A stretch of 63,057 nt of DNA, counting the filler, from Trichomonas gallinae (lineage: Eukaryota): the NCBI GenBank assembly GCA_008369845.1. It is 13 parts of 13 records of this genome, joined end to end, with 100 filler letters (N's around TTAATTAATTAA, not from the genome) between each part and the next. Parts side by side here need not be neighbours in the genome. Positions count along the whole stretch, not along the records: positions 20,979 to 23,954 come from MRSU01000726.1; positions 24,055 to 25,421 come from MRSU01000727.1; positions 25,522 to 28,799 come from MRSU01000728.1; positions 28,900 to 30,441 come from MRSU01000730.1; positions 30,542 to 31,654 come from MRSU01000731.1; positions 31,755 to 49,618 come from MRSU01000733.1; 7 more parts are not named here. One strand, written 5' to 3'. The position numbers were made by a program, and so were the translations under genes. The notes under the pieces were generated by a model. That model had not been told where the DNA came from and made no database searches. It was given only the letters and a program-made list of their open reading frames with translations. Of the stretch, positions 22,227 through 33,930 are shown piece after piece. The first letter of the stretch is position 1, and the number at the start of each line of letters is the position of its first letter.

Positions 22227-23552
22227 ATGTCAAAATGTGACAACTCAATGCACAGAAAAGTTGTAGGATCATTTGCAAGCAGAGTGTATCCGAAACTTGC
22301 TGTTAGTGTTGTGCTTCTTCTCTATTTGACATCTATCAATCAATACACAGCTTTAAACTTAGGTTTTGAAGAATTTCCTATAAATTATACAGAAAACGAG
22401 AGGATTGTTGAATCTGAATGGGTGGAATCCATTATGTATGCAAATTTCAAACCATTTACATGGGTGAATGAACGCTGGCCCAATTTTACTAATTCATTTT
22501 ATTGGACAGATAGACCAGAGAATAGAGAAACTGTTCCAATACCAGTGGAAAACATATTCCGTGCTAAAGGTAAGTATTTCGAATTCGATAACTGTTATGC
22601 GAATAATCAAATGATAATTAACGACGACTGTGGACTATTATATGATTACAGTGAAGAGAAGCCAACCATAAGGATGCATGTTGAAGGTATACTGAGGGTT
22701 GCTGTTTGTGTCAGGTTACATTGGAATACATATGGACATGCAATCCACGACTTATTGGCCATGCTCGTGTTGTATCCTAAAGAGGTTCTTGCTCAGAAAC
22801 CTACTATTTTTCATAACTGGGATGAAAAATTATTATCACAGCATCTCAGTGCTTTGGGAATGGGGGACTTTCCGATAGCGCCTGATACGCATACATACTT
22901 CTTCATCAAGAAAATGTACTACATACATCCAAAAGAACATGCGCATGAAATGGTAGGTCTCGGATTATATAGAATGCATCAACTCTACAGAGAGCATATG
23001 AACTTGACTGGCATAGAACCGACGAAGTATAGACTCATTAACAGAAGACCGACTGAAAGAAGATATTTCACAAATTTTCCTGAATTGATACAAGAATTAA
23101 CAATAACATTTCCGAAATTTGTCTGGGAAGAAATGTTTTTACAGAATACGTTGGTTGAAAATGCGAAATTATTTTCTGAATGCAAATTTCTCATTGGGAG
23201 TGGGGGATCGCTGTTATATAACTGTATGTTCATGAGAAATGAGACTGGCGTAGTTATTTTCTTCGGCGATTTGATAGATAATCCAAATTTGATTCTTTTT
23301 GGTTTTTTGAATATATACTGTGGGGCAATCACGCATGTAGATGTTAGTCATCATGATGGGCAAGGACCATGCAATATCAAGCAGGGTATTGACTTGTCCG
23401 GAAAAATTCTTTATGCGATTGAACACAAAGAGTATCCATATATGAAAGGTTATTTTCCAGCATTCAACCTTACAAGAATATGGAAAGAAAAAATGGAAGA
23501 GTCATATGATAATTCTGCAGGCTGGGCAAACGAAGAGCCTTTAATACGATGA
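22227..23552 (+). CDS. Type II membrane glycosyltransferase, GT61/DUF563-like
   Basis: N-terminal TM; YGHAIHDLL, INRR..RRYFTNFPEL, ENAKLFSECKFLIGSGGSLLYNCMFM matching the GT61 core (HGA replaced by GGS). Confidence 0.72.
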   Translation: MSKCDNSMHRKVVGSFASRVYPKLAVSVVLLLYLTSINQYTALNLGFEEFPINYTENERIVESEWVESIMYANFKPFTWVNERWPNFTNSFYWTDRPENRETVPIPVENIFRAKGKYFEFDNCYANNQMIINDDCGLLYDYSEEKPTIRMHVEGILRVAVCVRLHWNTYGHAIHDLLAMLVLYPKEVLAQKPTIFHNWDEKLLSQHLSALGMGDFPIAPDTHTYFFIKKMYYIHPKEHAHEMVGLGLYRMHQLYREHMNLTGIEPTKYRLINRRPTERRYFTNFPELIQELTITFPKFVWEEMFLQNTLVENAKLFSECKFLIGSGGSLLYNCMFMRNETGVVIFFGDLIDNPNLILFGFLNIYCGAITHVDVSHHDGQGPCNIKQGIDLSGKILYAIEHKEYPYMKGYFPAFNLTRIWKEKMEESYDNSAGWANEEPLIR

Positions 23553-23954
23553 TGTGCGAAATGTTGTGCTTGAATTGAAGTGTCTTAACTTGAACTTGAG
23601 TTGTTTGTGAATAAAAATGAGAGCGAAATGAAAAATGGAAAAAAATAGCGATTGAGAAGTCTAAAAATATTTTAAAAACTCCAATTTAGGATATAAATAT
23701 GATAATAATACTATATTTCATGAAAAAAAAACTATCTTTTTAATCTTATTATTACAGTCAATACGATCAATTTGTATGATTGTGCAATATATGATTCATT
23801 TCTAATTCGAGAATTTTTTAATTTTTGAATTGAAAATAATCGAGGAGATAAATTTACTGCAATAAAAGAGCCCGATTATAGATGTCTATCGTCCTCGCTA
23901 TCGTCGTCCTCATTGGAATTCAAATCGCTAATACATATGAATATATTAGTATAT

Positions 23955-24054
23955 NNNNNNNNNNNNNNNNNNNNNNNNNNNNNNNNNNNNNNNNNNNNTT
24001 AATTAATTAANNNNNNNNNNNNNNNNNNNNNNNNNNNNNNNNNNNNNNNNNNNN
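23955..24054. other. Artificial contig linker
   Basis: N44-TTAATTAATTAA-N44. Confidence 0.98.
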
Positions 24055-25421
24055 GTTTTTTTCTCCCAATGCACGGATACCGAAAATTTTTCTTCCTACT
24101 ACACGAGATTCATACGCTAAACACCTCAAATTTTTTCAAAATTATAATTTATATTCATCTGAATTTATCAATATTTGACTTTACATTGGAAAAAAAATAG
24201 ATTTACATGACAAAATATATTTTCATCAATAAAATGACCAAATCTTCGTTTTATAATATTAAATACAACATGCCATGAGGTACTTTACGCCGATAATGCT
24301 TTTTATTATTATAATTATTCAGGCTTTAATAGACAAAAATCGATAATTTTGATTGGTGTTTCCAAAACAGTGATTTTGTATACAAAATCCATTATTTCAA
24401 TAAATTTTGTTGTGTCATCAATTTTACAACACGCGTGTGGACATCTGATAAGAATGAGCCTGCATTGGTGTTTATAAAAATTAAAGATTGTATTAAAGAA
24501 GCATAAGCAGAGCTGAGTTAAACAATATGGCACTCTGAGTTTCAAAATCACTCTGATACTTGACATTTCACATGAAACCCCAGCAATATAAGGTGCTATT
24601 TTGACCAGCAACTGCGATTTTCATTGATATACGATGGCGTCAATTCGTTTCATCCGAAATAGGTGGATAAAAATATTCGAATTGATTTATATAATGTATA
24701 AAATCGCTGGAGATAACATTTTACCTGTAGTAAATAACTGAAATTAAATTTATCGTAATAAAAATTGCTTAAAAATTAGTGCGACACGTATCTTCAGATA
24801 CCTTGTATTGCCCTGTTTATAGTGGCATATGTTTTATGAGCTGTAGGATGGAACTTGTCGAGCTCCAGCCATGACAATGATTGTTAAAGAGTGAAACTAG
24901 TCAATTTCAATGCTATATTATCGTTCCACCAGGTGAGCCGCTGGTTATGTAGAATCGGGTGGCGCTTAAATTCGTCCACCATTTGTGCATGTTTAAGAAT
25001 TGGTCGAATTTTGTCTCAGCGTCTCATGGCGTCTTGAGTGTAAATCATTCAATTTTTGAATGGTTTATTTGTATCGAGCACTTTTTCTCGAAGAGAAATT
25101 CTGAGTTTGGCGTCTCAAGAAATTACTATACATGACAAAAATTATTATTTTTGCACGTAATCTTGTTTACATGTCGAAAACCATGGTATTTCTGATACTT
25201 AACATACGATTTTAAATGTTTACACGACATATTTATATGATTTTGACATGTAAAATCAGATTTAATGACAATGTAACGCACAAAAGTGTCAAAATGAAAA
25301 ATGATTTTTAGCGTTTTACAATTAACATGTCAAAAATATGAAAATATATCATGAAAGGTTGTCCGGCAGAAAAATACAACTAAAAATTCTGTAAATTAAT
25401 AATATAGAATGAGCACATAGT

Positions 25422-25521
25422 NNNNNNNNNNNNNNNNNNNNNNNNNNNNNNNNNNNNNNNNNNNNTTAATTAATTAANNNNNNNNNNNNNNNNNNNNNNN
25501 NNNNNNNNNNNNNNNNNNNNN
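25422..25521. other. Artificial contig linker
   Basis: N44-TTAATTAATTAA-N44. Confidence 0.98.
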
Positions 25522-25554
25522 GTCTTCGTTCACCGATGATTTAACGTTTGACAT
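25522..25554 (-). CDS. Possible 5' end of a gene cut by the gap (MSNVKSSVNED...)
   Basis: Minus-strand GTCACTTTTT Inr at about 25581-25590, then ATG at 25554 open to the contig edge; only 11 codons visible. Confidence 0.35.
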
Positions 25555-26878
25555 TCAACAAAACAAATGCGAAATTTTAGAAAAAGTGACAAAGATTTTG
25601 GTCGGTGAAGGTTATAATCTTTCCATTATTTAGATCTCTTTAATCTAAGATTATTTTTGTTTTAAAATAACGATAGCACGAAATTTTTGAAAATCATAAT
25701 CTTAACATTGTACTCGCAGGTCTGGTCTAAAATGGATCAATTCGGATTTGAGTGCACATAAAACAATCGTGCCGCGAGCTGATATCTTAGTTTTCTTCAA
25801 GGAATTTCAAAAAATATCAAAAATATAAATAAATAATATCGATAATGTGCAAATGTACAATAGTTAATGCATAGTTCATGATAGAATATGAATAATGGAT
25901 TAATAACACTTTAGACAACTTTATATTAATCATAATTACAATAAATATTAATTTAAAGATTCATAAATAGCCTAAAGGGGCATACGGAATAAAAATATAT
26001 TGATTTGCACTTTGAGAAATTATTTTTCCCAATCTCTATACAAAAATGAAATTACAAAAAAACAACCATTCAATTCTAACGGTACTGATTTTAATTTTTA
26101 TTTCCTGACCAGTACTATATGCATATACTATAATATCTTTTGAAAATAAGATATATTTGTATTGAAAGCAATCCTGTTAATAGAATATCACAAGCACGTA
26201 TTGTCCATTAGTACCAGTACCATGAAGGAATAGTCAAAGAGTAATTATCTATGGCACTTATTCAATAATATATTTTAAATTTAATAAGTTGGTCATGCAA
26301 ATTACTGGATGCATAAACAAGAGAAATTGATATATTTGTCCAAATCGATATATATCAGGTTCGATTTATATCTAATACACATGATTGCTTCTAAATTTGA
26401 AATTATCACGAGAAATTCGAGTATATTTGGTTCTTATATGGTATGGCAAATAGTAATGAACTCTCAGAATTTATAGTGGTGCAATAGTTCTGTTTGTGAA
26501 AATTATTTTTATGAGAAAACTTCATTTTGTGTTCTTCCTCATGTATATATTTGATTTGCAGAACAAAAAATTTCATTATGTAATAATCTTCCTAAATTTT
26601 TATACACCTTTTTATTTATAAAAACAAAAATGATATATAAGCACATTGCATGCAAATATGACCAGCTAAATAAGAGCTTTGTCAATTTTTCTTATTAAAA
26701 TTAGCAAGACAACCTATTTCTGAGGCCTCACAAAAAATAATCAGTAATTGAATGAACACATTCAAAAGCAAAACTCAGGCAAAAACCAGAAATATTTGTT
26801 GAGATTTTATATATTAACATATTGTACAAATTGAATGAGAATGAAAATTCAAATAATTATTTTTTTCAAAATTATATA

Positions 26879-28036
26879 ATGATGGAAACTTGCGTTGAAG
26901 AGAAGTATGATATAAGAAACATCCTAGCACAAGGAGGTTTCGCACAGGTATACATTGCAGTGCATAAGAAGACTGGTACGCACGTAGCCATCAAGAAAAT
27001 TCCAAAACAAAAGTTTAATGATGAAAATGAAGCGGAAAGGATCAAATCGGAGATAAGAATACACTCTAACATCAACCATCCATTCATTGTTGAAGTCTAT
27101 GAAGTAATTGAGACTGAAAAATTTGCTTACATAGTTATGGAATTAGCAAAAAATGGTTCACTTACAAATTATTTATCAGCAAATGGACATGTCATAGAGA
27201 GAGAAGCCTGCCGCATATTTGCGCAAATCGTTGTTGCTATTAGATATCTTCATACAAAATGTCGCATTGCTCACCGCGATATCAAGTTGGATAATATCTT
27301 AGTAGACTCCCACAACAACATCCGTCTCTCAGATTTCGGCCTATCAAGAGCTTTTTCATCAGACAAGTTATTTGAGACTCTTTGCGGCTCTCTTTGCTAC
27401 GCAGCACCAGAAATCATGTCGGGCCGCAAATACGACTACTCAGCTGATATCTGGGCTTTGGGCGTTTGCTTATATGCTTTAGTTACAGGCAAAATGCCTT
27501 TTTATGATATGAACATTACCAAACTAGGCATGAAGATCGTTTTTACAGAACCAGATTTTCCATCAGACCTTTCAGATAATTTATCGGATTTATTACCAAA
27601 GCTTCTTGCTAAAGATCCAAAAGACAGACTCACAATTGAAGAGATATACCAGCACCCATGGCTCACGCATGAGTTGAAGCTCGCAGAGTTTTACGTGAAA
27701 AATTGTTCAATTGACACCGCAAAACTGGAATCCCAACTCGCATCGATTGGAATATCAGTGGAAAGCACGCGTGATGCAAATGAAAAGGGAATAATCAATG
27801 AAGAAACTGTTATTTTCAGAATAATAAAGAAGAGGGTGCAGCTACAGCCACCAGAAAGAAGGAGGAATTATTTACGCATGGATAGAAATGGATCATGCCC
27901 AAATAAAGTGATTCTTCCACCACTCTTCATGGAAGATAGTAGATGCCAGATCAGGAAGTCTTTGCAGACTAACGGGAACGGACATGTTATCTGCAGCCAA
28001 AGGAAGAAGACATTAACCAAAATAATTTTATCTTAA
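26879..28036 (+). CDS. CAMK-group (SNF1/CAMKL-like) Ser/Thr protein kinase
   Basis: AQGGFAQV, VAIKKI, HRDIKLDN, DFGLS, TLCGSLCYAAPE, DIWALGV; first ATG 26879. Confidence 0.95.
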   Translation: MMETCVEEKYDIRNILAQGGFAQVYIAVHKKTGTHVAIKKIPKQKFNDENEAERIKSEIRIHSNINHPFIVEVYEVIETEKFAYIVMELAKNGSLTNYLSANGHVIEREACRIFAQIVVAIRYLHTKCRIAHRDIKLDNILVDSHNNIRLSDFGLSRAFSSDKLFETLCGSLCYAAPEIMSGRKYDYSADIWALGVCLYALVTGKMPFYDMNITKLGMKIVFTEPDFPSDLSDNLSDLLPKLLAKDPKDRLTIEEIYQHPWLTHELKLAEFYVKNCSIDTAKLESQLASIGISVESTRDANEKGIINEETVIFRIIKKRVQLQPPERRRNYLRMDRNGSCPNKVILPPLFMEDSRCQIRKSLQTNGNGHVICSQRKKTLTKIILS

Positions 28037-28799
28037 TTGCTTGTTTGTATAATAAATTGTTTGTATTTATGTAGTTCAATATCATCTAGTTCATACATGA
28101 CAAGCAAAAATATCAGACACATCTAGTTCATGTATAACAATCAAAATATATCAAATTTAATAATCAACAATTATCAACAACTTTTTTCATGCTAATAATA
28201 TCATATATATAGTGTAGGGCTGCACTATGAACTTGCCTCATTGTGCAGAACTGTATCGTTATCATTAAACTTTTTTAGCAAATTTTGTGATTTCGAGAAA
28301 ACGCTGTTATGCAAATTGTCTGTACCTCTCCAAGTGCTATTGTAAACAGGAATAAAGTAAATTTTTGTGGATTTCATAAAAATTGTACAATGTTGTATTA
28401 ATATATACAAAATTCCTTTTTTATTGTATACAATTTGTGAATTTTGGAATTTAAAATAACCATCTAAACGAAATGGACCCAAATCCTGCACGCAATATTT
28501 TATATTATGATATTCTTTATCTCAATTTTTGAATGCAATGATGAAAAATATGATCACTTTTGAATAGTTTACAATGAGCAAAAATTGTTTAAAATTGCAA
28601 AAAAATTAATTTTTTACATCAATATGCATTAAAGCATGAATAAGTATAAAGGACAATGGAATGTAAAACACCATTTTTTTTTGGAAATATCGAGATAATT
28701 AAAATCCGATATTTTGGATTAAGGTCTTAAATTGCTTGGGATGCAGTGGACTAGGTAGGTAACCAGCAAAGTAAATGGACTGTTATCTATTTTCTAATC

Positions 28800-28899
28800 N
28801 NNNNNNNNNNNNNNNNNNNNNNNNNNNNNNNNNNNNNNNNNNNTTAATTAATTAANNNNNNNNNNNNNNNNNNNNNNNNNNNNNNNNNNNNNNNNNNNN
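28800..28899. other. Artificial contig linker
   Basis: N44-TTAATTAATTAA-N44. Confidence 0.98.
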
Positions 28900-28900
28900 T

Positions 28901-29530
28901 GCATATCCTCCTAATTGCACGCAAACTATTGAGCATACAGTCACAAAAATCTCTGGCATTTGTGGCTTTTCAGGTTATAATTTGTCGTATATGAAGATTG
29001 ATTTACCAATAACATCAATAGAAGATTCAAGTTTCAGAAGCTGTCATAATCTTGAATATCTAGATTTATCATCATGTATTTTTAGAAGTTTGCCGCAATT
29101 CTCAATCAGTAATGACTATAAATTGAAGAAAGTAATATTACCAGATACACTCGAAGAAGTTAATTATAATGCTTTCCAAAACACTTTTATTGATGATCTT
29201 CATTTTTCAAATGAACTAATATTCGTTAATCCAAGCTTTGGTGAAAATACAAGAATATCTAATTTATATTACTGCGGAATGAATACATTTGAAATCAATA
29301 GTAATAAGATATCTGTTAAGAATGTTTTCGTGAAGCCAACCTTTCCATATGAATCATTTTTTGGTGTTAAAGTCACAAAGAATTATACAAGTTGCAATTT
29401 TCGTCGAAATCCTATTCCAACCCCATTTCCAAAAAATTGTCATTGTCTTACTGATTTTCACAATCCATACTATAGTACATATCGATGTTTCCTATTATAT
29501 TTAGTAATAATATATGAAAGTGAAATATGA
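28901..29530 (+). CDS. BspA-like leucine-rich-repeat surface protein, 3' part
   Basis: Frame open from contig edge (AYPPNC...); TpLRR units ITSIEDSSFRSCHNL and VILPDTLEEVNYNAFQNT; YYCG...V..YPY..F-type C-terminal motif. Confidence 0.8.
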   Translation, partial: AYPPNCTQTIEHTVTKISGICGFSGYNLSYMKIDLPITSIEDSSFRSCHNLEYLDLSSCIFRSLPQFSISNDYKLKKVILPDTLEEVNYNAFQNTFIDDLHFSNELIFVNPSFGENTRISNLYYCGMNTFEINSNKISVKNVFVKPTFPYESFFGVKVTKNYTSCNFRRNPIPTPFPKNCHCLTDFHNPYYSTYRCFLLYLVIIYESEI

Positions 29531-29559
29531 CTATAATTAATAAAATTGATTTATTATTA

Positions 29560-29762
29560 CAGCGACTTGGTTTCCTCGGGCTGCACCATGAAGACTTGTT
29601 GGCATTAACGGCCTTCAACTTAATGTCGCAACCACTAGATTGGAGGAATTTGAGCACTTCAAGATGTCCGCCCCATGCTGCATAGTATGAGCTGTTTGTA
29701 TTATCCTTTTGCTTTGCGTTGACATCACAGCCAGTTTGACTGTCCATCTTGGGATGCAGCAA
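29560..29762 (-). pseudogene. Ankyrin-repeat gene fragment
   Basis: Isolated repeat GCDVNAKQKDNTNSSYYAAWGGHLEVLKFLQSSGCDIK, no ATG; paralogous to 58120-58260. Confidence 0.65.
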
Positions 29763-29910
29763 GAATCGCGTTTTGGTTCAAGGTATTTTTGAAAATATTT
29801 AAAAATTTGATATCAATAACCGTTAGACCTATCATAAAACTAACGAGTTCTCTGAATATAAATTTTGATCGTTTATTATTAACAGTTTTTTTTTAATTCA
29901 CCGAATTTAA

Positions 29911-30441
29911 ATTGATCAAGAACAAATATATAGTATTATATATGTAGAATCAAATGATCACGCAGCTGTTGGTGATGGAAGAAATATAGCAATCAATGAC
30001 CCAAGTTATGCAGGGTCTGTTTCGATTGAATCGGAATTTAATTTTAAATTTGTTCGAAAAATCGCAGATAATGCATTTACGGGATGTTTATTTACATCAA
30101 TTACTATCCCTGATTCAATTATTTCAATTGGAGCTAATGCATTTAAATTGACTAAATTTACAGAATTGATTTTCCCGAGTCAATTGACTGAAATAAAAGA
30201 ATCCGCATTTGAGTCATGCTCATTAAAAATTGCAAATTTGTCGCAAACTAAATTAATTACTTTTTCAGGACAATATGCATTTTTGAATAGCCAGATTGAA
30301 GATATTATATTTCCAGATACTTTTGTTTCACTAACAAGACGATCTTTATGGTCATCATCCATTAAAAAATATAAATTTCCTAAAAATCTAAATTCGTATG
30401 ATATTGGTTCCATTGGAAGTCTAACTAAATTAGAATATTTT
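29911..30441 (+). CDS. BspA-like LRR protein, 5' part with damaged start (3' in gap)
   Basis: Frame open 29911 to gap: AAVGDG, VRKIADNAFTGC..TSITIPDSIISIGANAF, IFPSQLTEIKESAFESC; no ATG in this frame. Confidence 0.7.
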
Positions 30442-30541
30442 NNNNNNNNNNNNNNNNNNNNNNNNNNNNNNNNNNNNNNNNNNNNTTAATTAATTAANNN
30501 NNNNNNNNNNNNNNNNNNNNNNNNNNNNNNNNNNNNNNNNN
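30442..30541. other. Artificial contig linker
   Basis: N44-TTAATTAATTAA-N44. Confidence 0.98.
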
Positions 30542-30573
<32 letters not shown>

Positions 30574-30936
30574 AGAAAGCATTACCTCAGATCATGTTGT
30601 TCAATTTAATCTTTGTGCTAGCATATCATATCGAAAATACACACCCTATACTATAAGATATGGAAAATAATATAAATTTTTATGAAGGTTTAAGATGTGA
30701 TTTAGATTCAGATTTCGATTCTGATTACTAATTTATATACATGCAATTTATATACATTCAATAATGAAGACTTTAAGACGAGACAAAATGGATATCTTAC
30801 CAGTCATGGCAGTAAAAAATATTTGACATGTAAACGATGAAAAAAATTGCTTAAGTGAGTGCGTGTCAAATGTTGGCAAAATCATGGTATTTTAACAAAA
30901 TTTTATATTTTTATTTTGAAAGTCTAGCCCATTCAA

Positions 30937-31654
30937 ATGGGCTGGGATCCAGATACCAAGACATTTACCATTACAACAACAGACTCGACAATTACAGCAC
31001 AAACTGAATATAAAGATGAAGCTGTAACAATTCGAATTGATGGAAGTTCCACAATCATAGGAGATGATGCGTTCAAAGGTTATCTTAACCTTGAAAATCT
31101 TATTTTACCAGATTCTATTCAAACAATAAAAAATAATATTATTGTCGGCACAAAAATTAGATCTTTTCACATTCCTTTTTCGACAAAAGAACTTAGTACT
31201 GATGGTCCATTCGATTGGACAGATTATCTCGAAGAATTTACGATTGATCCTAATCATCCAAATTTCTGCGTGATTGATGGAGTTTTATATTCCAAAGACA
31301 GAAAAATACTTTATTGCATCCCAGGTAACTATAATCGAACAACATTCACTGTCCCATTTGATGTAGTAGAAATGTATAATTCAGCTATGAATAACCTTAA
31401 AAACATCAATCGATTGATTTTCCCGCAAACTGTTGTCAAACCAAGATCTATTTTTTATTATGCTAAATCCAAAGACCCTAGAGCTATTGTTTATCGATGG
31501 CCTAGTCAATCAAATTCGACTTTTCCTCTCCCTACAGGAAATTTTTCCGGAACAGATTATCCTATTAATTCGAGTGTTGATTTTGTTTACAAAAATTATT
31601 ATCCAACATTTTATGCATCAACAAAGACAATAGTAATAACAACGAGAAACGATT
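30937..31654 (+). CDS. BspA-like LRR protein (3' truncated)
   Basis: IIGDDAFKGYLNLENLILPDSIQTI, IDPNHPNFCVIDGVLYSKD...LYCIP. Confidence 0.85.
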
Positions 31655-31754
31655 NNNNNNNNNNNNNNNNNNNNNNNNNNNNNNNNNNNNNNNNNNNNTT
31701 AATTAATTAANNNNNNNNNNNNNNNNNNNNNNNNNNNNNNNNNNNNNNNNNNNN
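31655..31754. other. Artificial contig linker
   Basis: N44-TTAATTAATTAA-N44. Confidence 0.98.
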
Positions 31755-32568
31755 ATCTAATGCGCTAACAATATGCACCACTTTGTAGGTGGTGCTAGTA
31801 TCATCTAAAAAATAATTCTGTCGCTTAATTTTTTTAATTAATTGAGCCTAATGCTCACTTTTGGAGAGGTCATCCAAATCTAGACGATAGACCGCTATTT
31901 GGCTGGAGCGGACCCTTAAATTTCTCAGACAATTTTTGCCTCTTATATTTTTCTTCTGATATACATATATATTTCTATATATATAACATTAAATGTCACG
32001 AAGGGAGTAGATATCAATATAGCTAATGTAACGATATCAATTCTTTGATATGATGTGACATTTTTTGATTCTGACGTGTAAATGTAAAATTGATGTTTAC
32101 AAGACAAGATTTTTTTTTTTTTTTGACATAAATTTATGAGGATTTACAAGGCAAAATTACCTAAAATCGCATAAACCTTAATGTCCATTTTTGGTTTCAA
32201 TCCGTTTTTTGAATAAAAATCGTATGAACTATAAGACTGCGATAATCACGTCATATATCTTTAATAAATCACAATAATTTGCCATATTTTATCCTATTTT
32301 GAAAAATATCGAAATTTTAATATACGAAAATGATATGTTTTTCTATCTGTATTGCATTCATTGTCAAGAATAAAGATGATTTAGATATGACTGATGTGTC
32401 TGAATAAGACAGTTATATGTGTGGACAAAAGATTTGACATATGTCAAAATTTTACAGTTTTTGTAAAAATTCTGTAACTAAATAATGATATGATGAGCAA
32501 TTTTTTTTTTTTTGAAAATAGAAAATTTGTCACTTTTAAGATTTAAAATATAAAAGTGACAGATAATA

Positions 32569-33558
32569 ATGAAAACATTAACTCTAAAATATTATATGCT
32601 CATTTCAATATCGGTGCTAGGAACACTGCTATTGAAAATATGGTTTCATACGAGCAGTGTTACAGAGTTTATTTTTCGAATACAACAGAGTTGGATGGCA
32701 ATTTTTATTGTGACAAATCTATTAATGGTAATAAGTTATAAAACGCTCCACAAAATCTACAAATACTTCATACTACCCCTCGCAATGGAACAGTTTGGCG
32801 AAATATCCGCTTTTACGTACTATTTAGCTATCTTTTTTCTTTTAGGACTTATACATTACAACACAGATACATTATTCAGATTCCTCGTCATATTTGACAT
32901 GATAGACTTATTGTATTTAAGTTTTTTATTAAGTTTTAGAGTCAAATATTTAACCCTTCATCCGAGATTCCAAAAATTTTCATTTCATAGAAATCTTTAT
33001 ATACTGCAATCATCATGCATAGTATTTTACAGCTTAATATATCGACAAATTTACAATTATTTACAGACAGCTTATAATCCTTTCGTAATGTTTATAGGTT
33101 TTATAATTTTATCGTCCATCCTGTTTTGTTCACAGTCAATAATACAGCATACGTTTATTTTCATGAACGTATCTCCAATAATTCAATTAGCAACAGACGT
33201 CACTCTTTACCTTCTTCTCTGCGCTCTATCATTATATTACTTCATAGATCATTTATTGTCCGGTTATATTCCGATACATTTTGGAATGTCTGGATTTTAT
33301 ACTTTCGGTAAGGCTTTTATATTATTACGCGATTATTATATAGAACACAACCTTATCAAAAAGTTACGAAAAGAGTATAAGATACCAACAGAAGATGAAG
33401 TGAAAGATGAAGTTTGTATAATTTGTCGGCAGAATCTTACTTCTGCTGACAGCGTTAAGTTAGACTGTATGCATATATTTCACATTGAGTGTATTGAAGC
33501 GTGGGCTTCGATGCATTCTCAATGTCCGATTTGTCGGAGAGATTTTATGTCCGACTAG
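32569..33558 (+). CDS. Multi-pass membrane RING-H2 E3 ubiquitin ligase (Hrd1-like architecture)
   Basis: Several TMs then CIIC...CMHIFHIECI..W....QCPICR; AAAAGTGAC upstream. Confidence 0.85.
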   Translation: MKTLTLKYYMLISISVLGTLLLKIWFHTSSVTEFIFRIQQSWMAIFIVTNLLMVISYKTLHKIYKYFILPLAMEQFGEISAFTYYLAIFFLLGLIHYNTDTLFRFLVIFDMIDLLYLSFLLSFRVKYLTLHPRFQKFSFHRNLYILQSSCIVFYSLIYRQIYNYLQTAYNPFVMFIGFIILSSILFCSQSIIQHTFIFMNVSPIIQLATDVTLYLLLCALSLYYFIDHLLSGYIPIHFGMSGFYTFGKAFILLRDYYIEHNLIKKLRKEYKIPTEDEVKDEVCIICRQNLTSADSVKLDCMHIFHIECIEAWASMHSQCPICRRDFMSD

Positions 33559-33930
33559 TCATTATAGATTGTTTTTATTGTTCTTTATAAAGTGTAAGAA
33601 TTGTTTATTATTAAATAATACACTCTTTTTTTCAAGCGATTAAGAATGATCATATTATTCTCCACTTTGAGGTTTTGCTATTTCATGTAAAAAGCAAGAT
33701 GCTTAGTGTATGATGCTGGAAAGCTGTCAACAAGAGATAATATCAAATACAAATTAAACATCTTAAATATAATAAAATCTATATCAAATCTTTCATATGC
33801 GCAGCTTTTTCTATTAGTTTTATGTTGTAAGGAAGATTAATCTTAAATTATGATGAACCGGTGATTTTCATCATATAATTCGGCTTTGTAATATTCAAGT
33901 GGATTTCTGCAGGTATATGAATTGAAATGA

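Noticed and set aside
24300..25120. Transposase or ncRNA in the GC-richer gene-free contig
   Set aside because: Only short stop-interrupted frames and no recognisable DDE or RNA motif; needs BLASTX/Infernal
25528..25608. C/D snoRNA suggested by TTCACCGA/TCGGTGAA stem and ATGAT
   Set aside because: No full C box or CTGA D box; better explained as a minus-strand promoter and gene start
28215..28225. hAT-like terminus TAGGGCTGCAC
   Set aside because: No matching inverted end found in the contig
30542..30570. Poly(A) run as a retroelement tail
   Set aside because: Sits at the contig edge with no upstream sequence; cannot be evaluated
30887..30927. Intron after ATG 30884 joining to the BspA ORF
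   Set aside because: No branch-point motif; it would add only four codons
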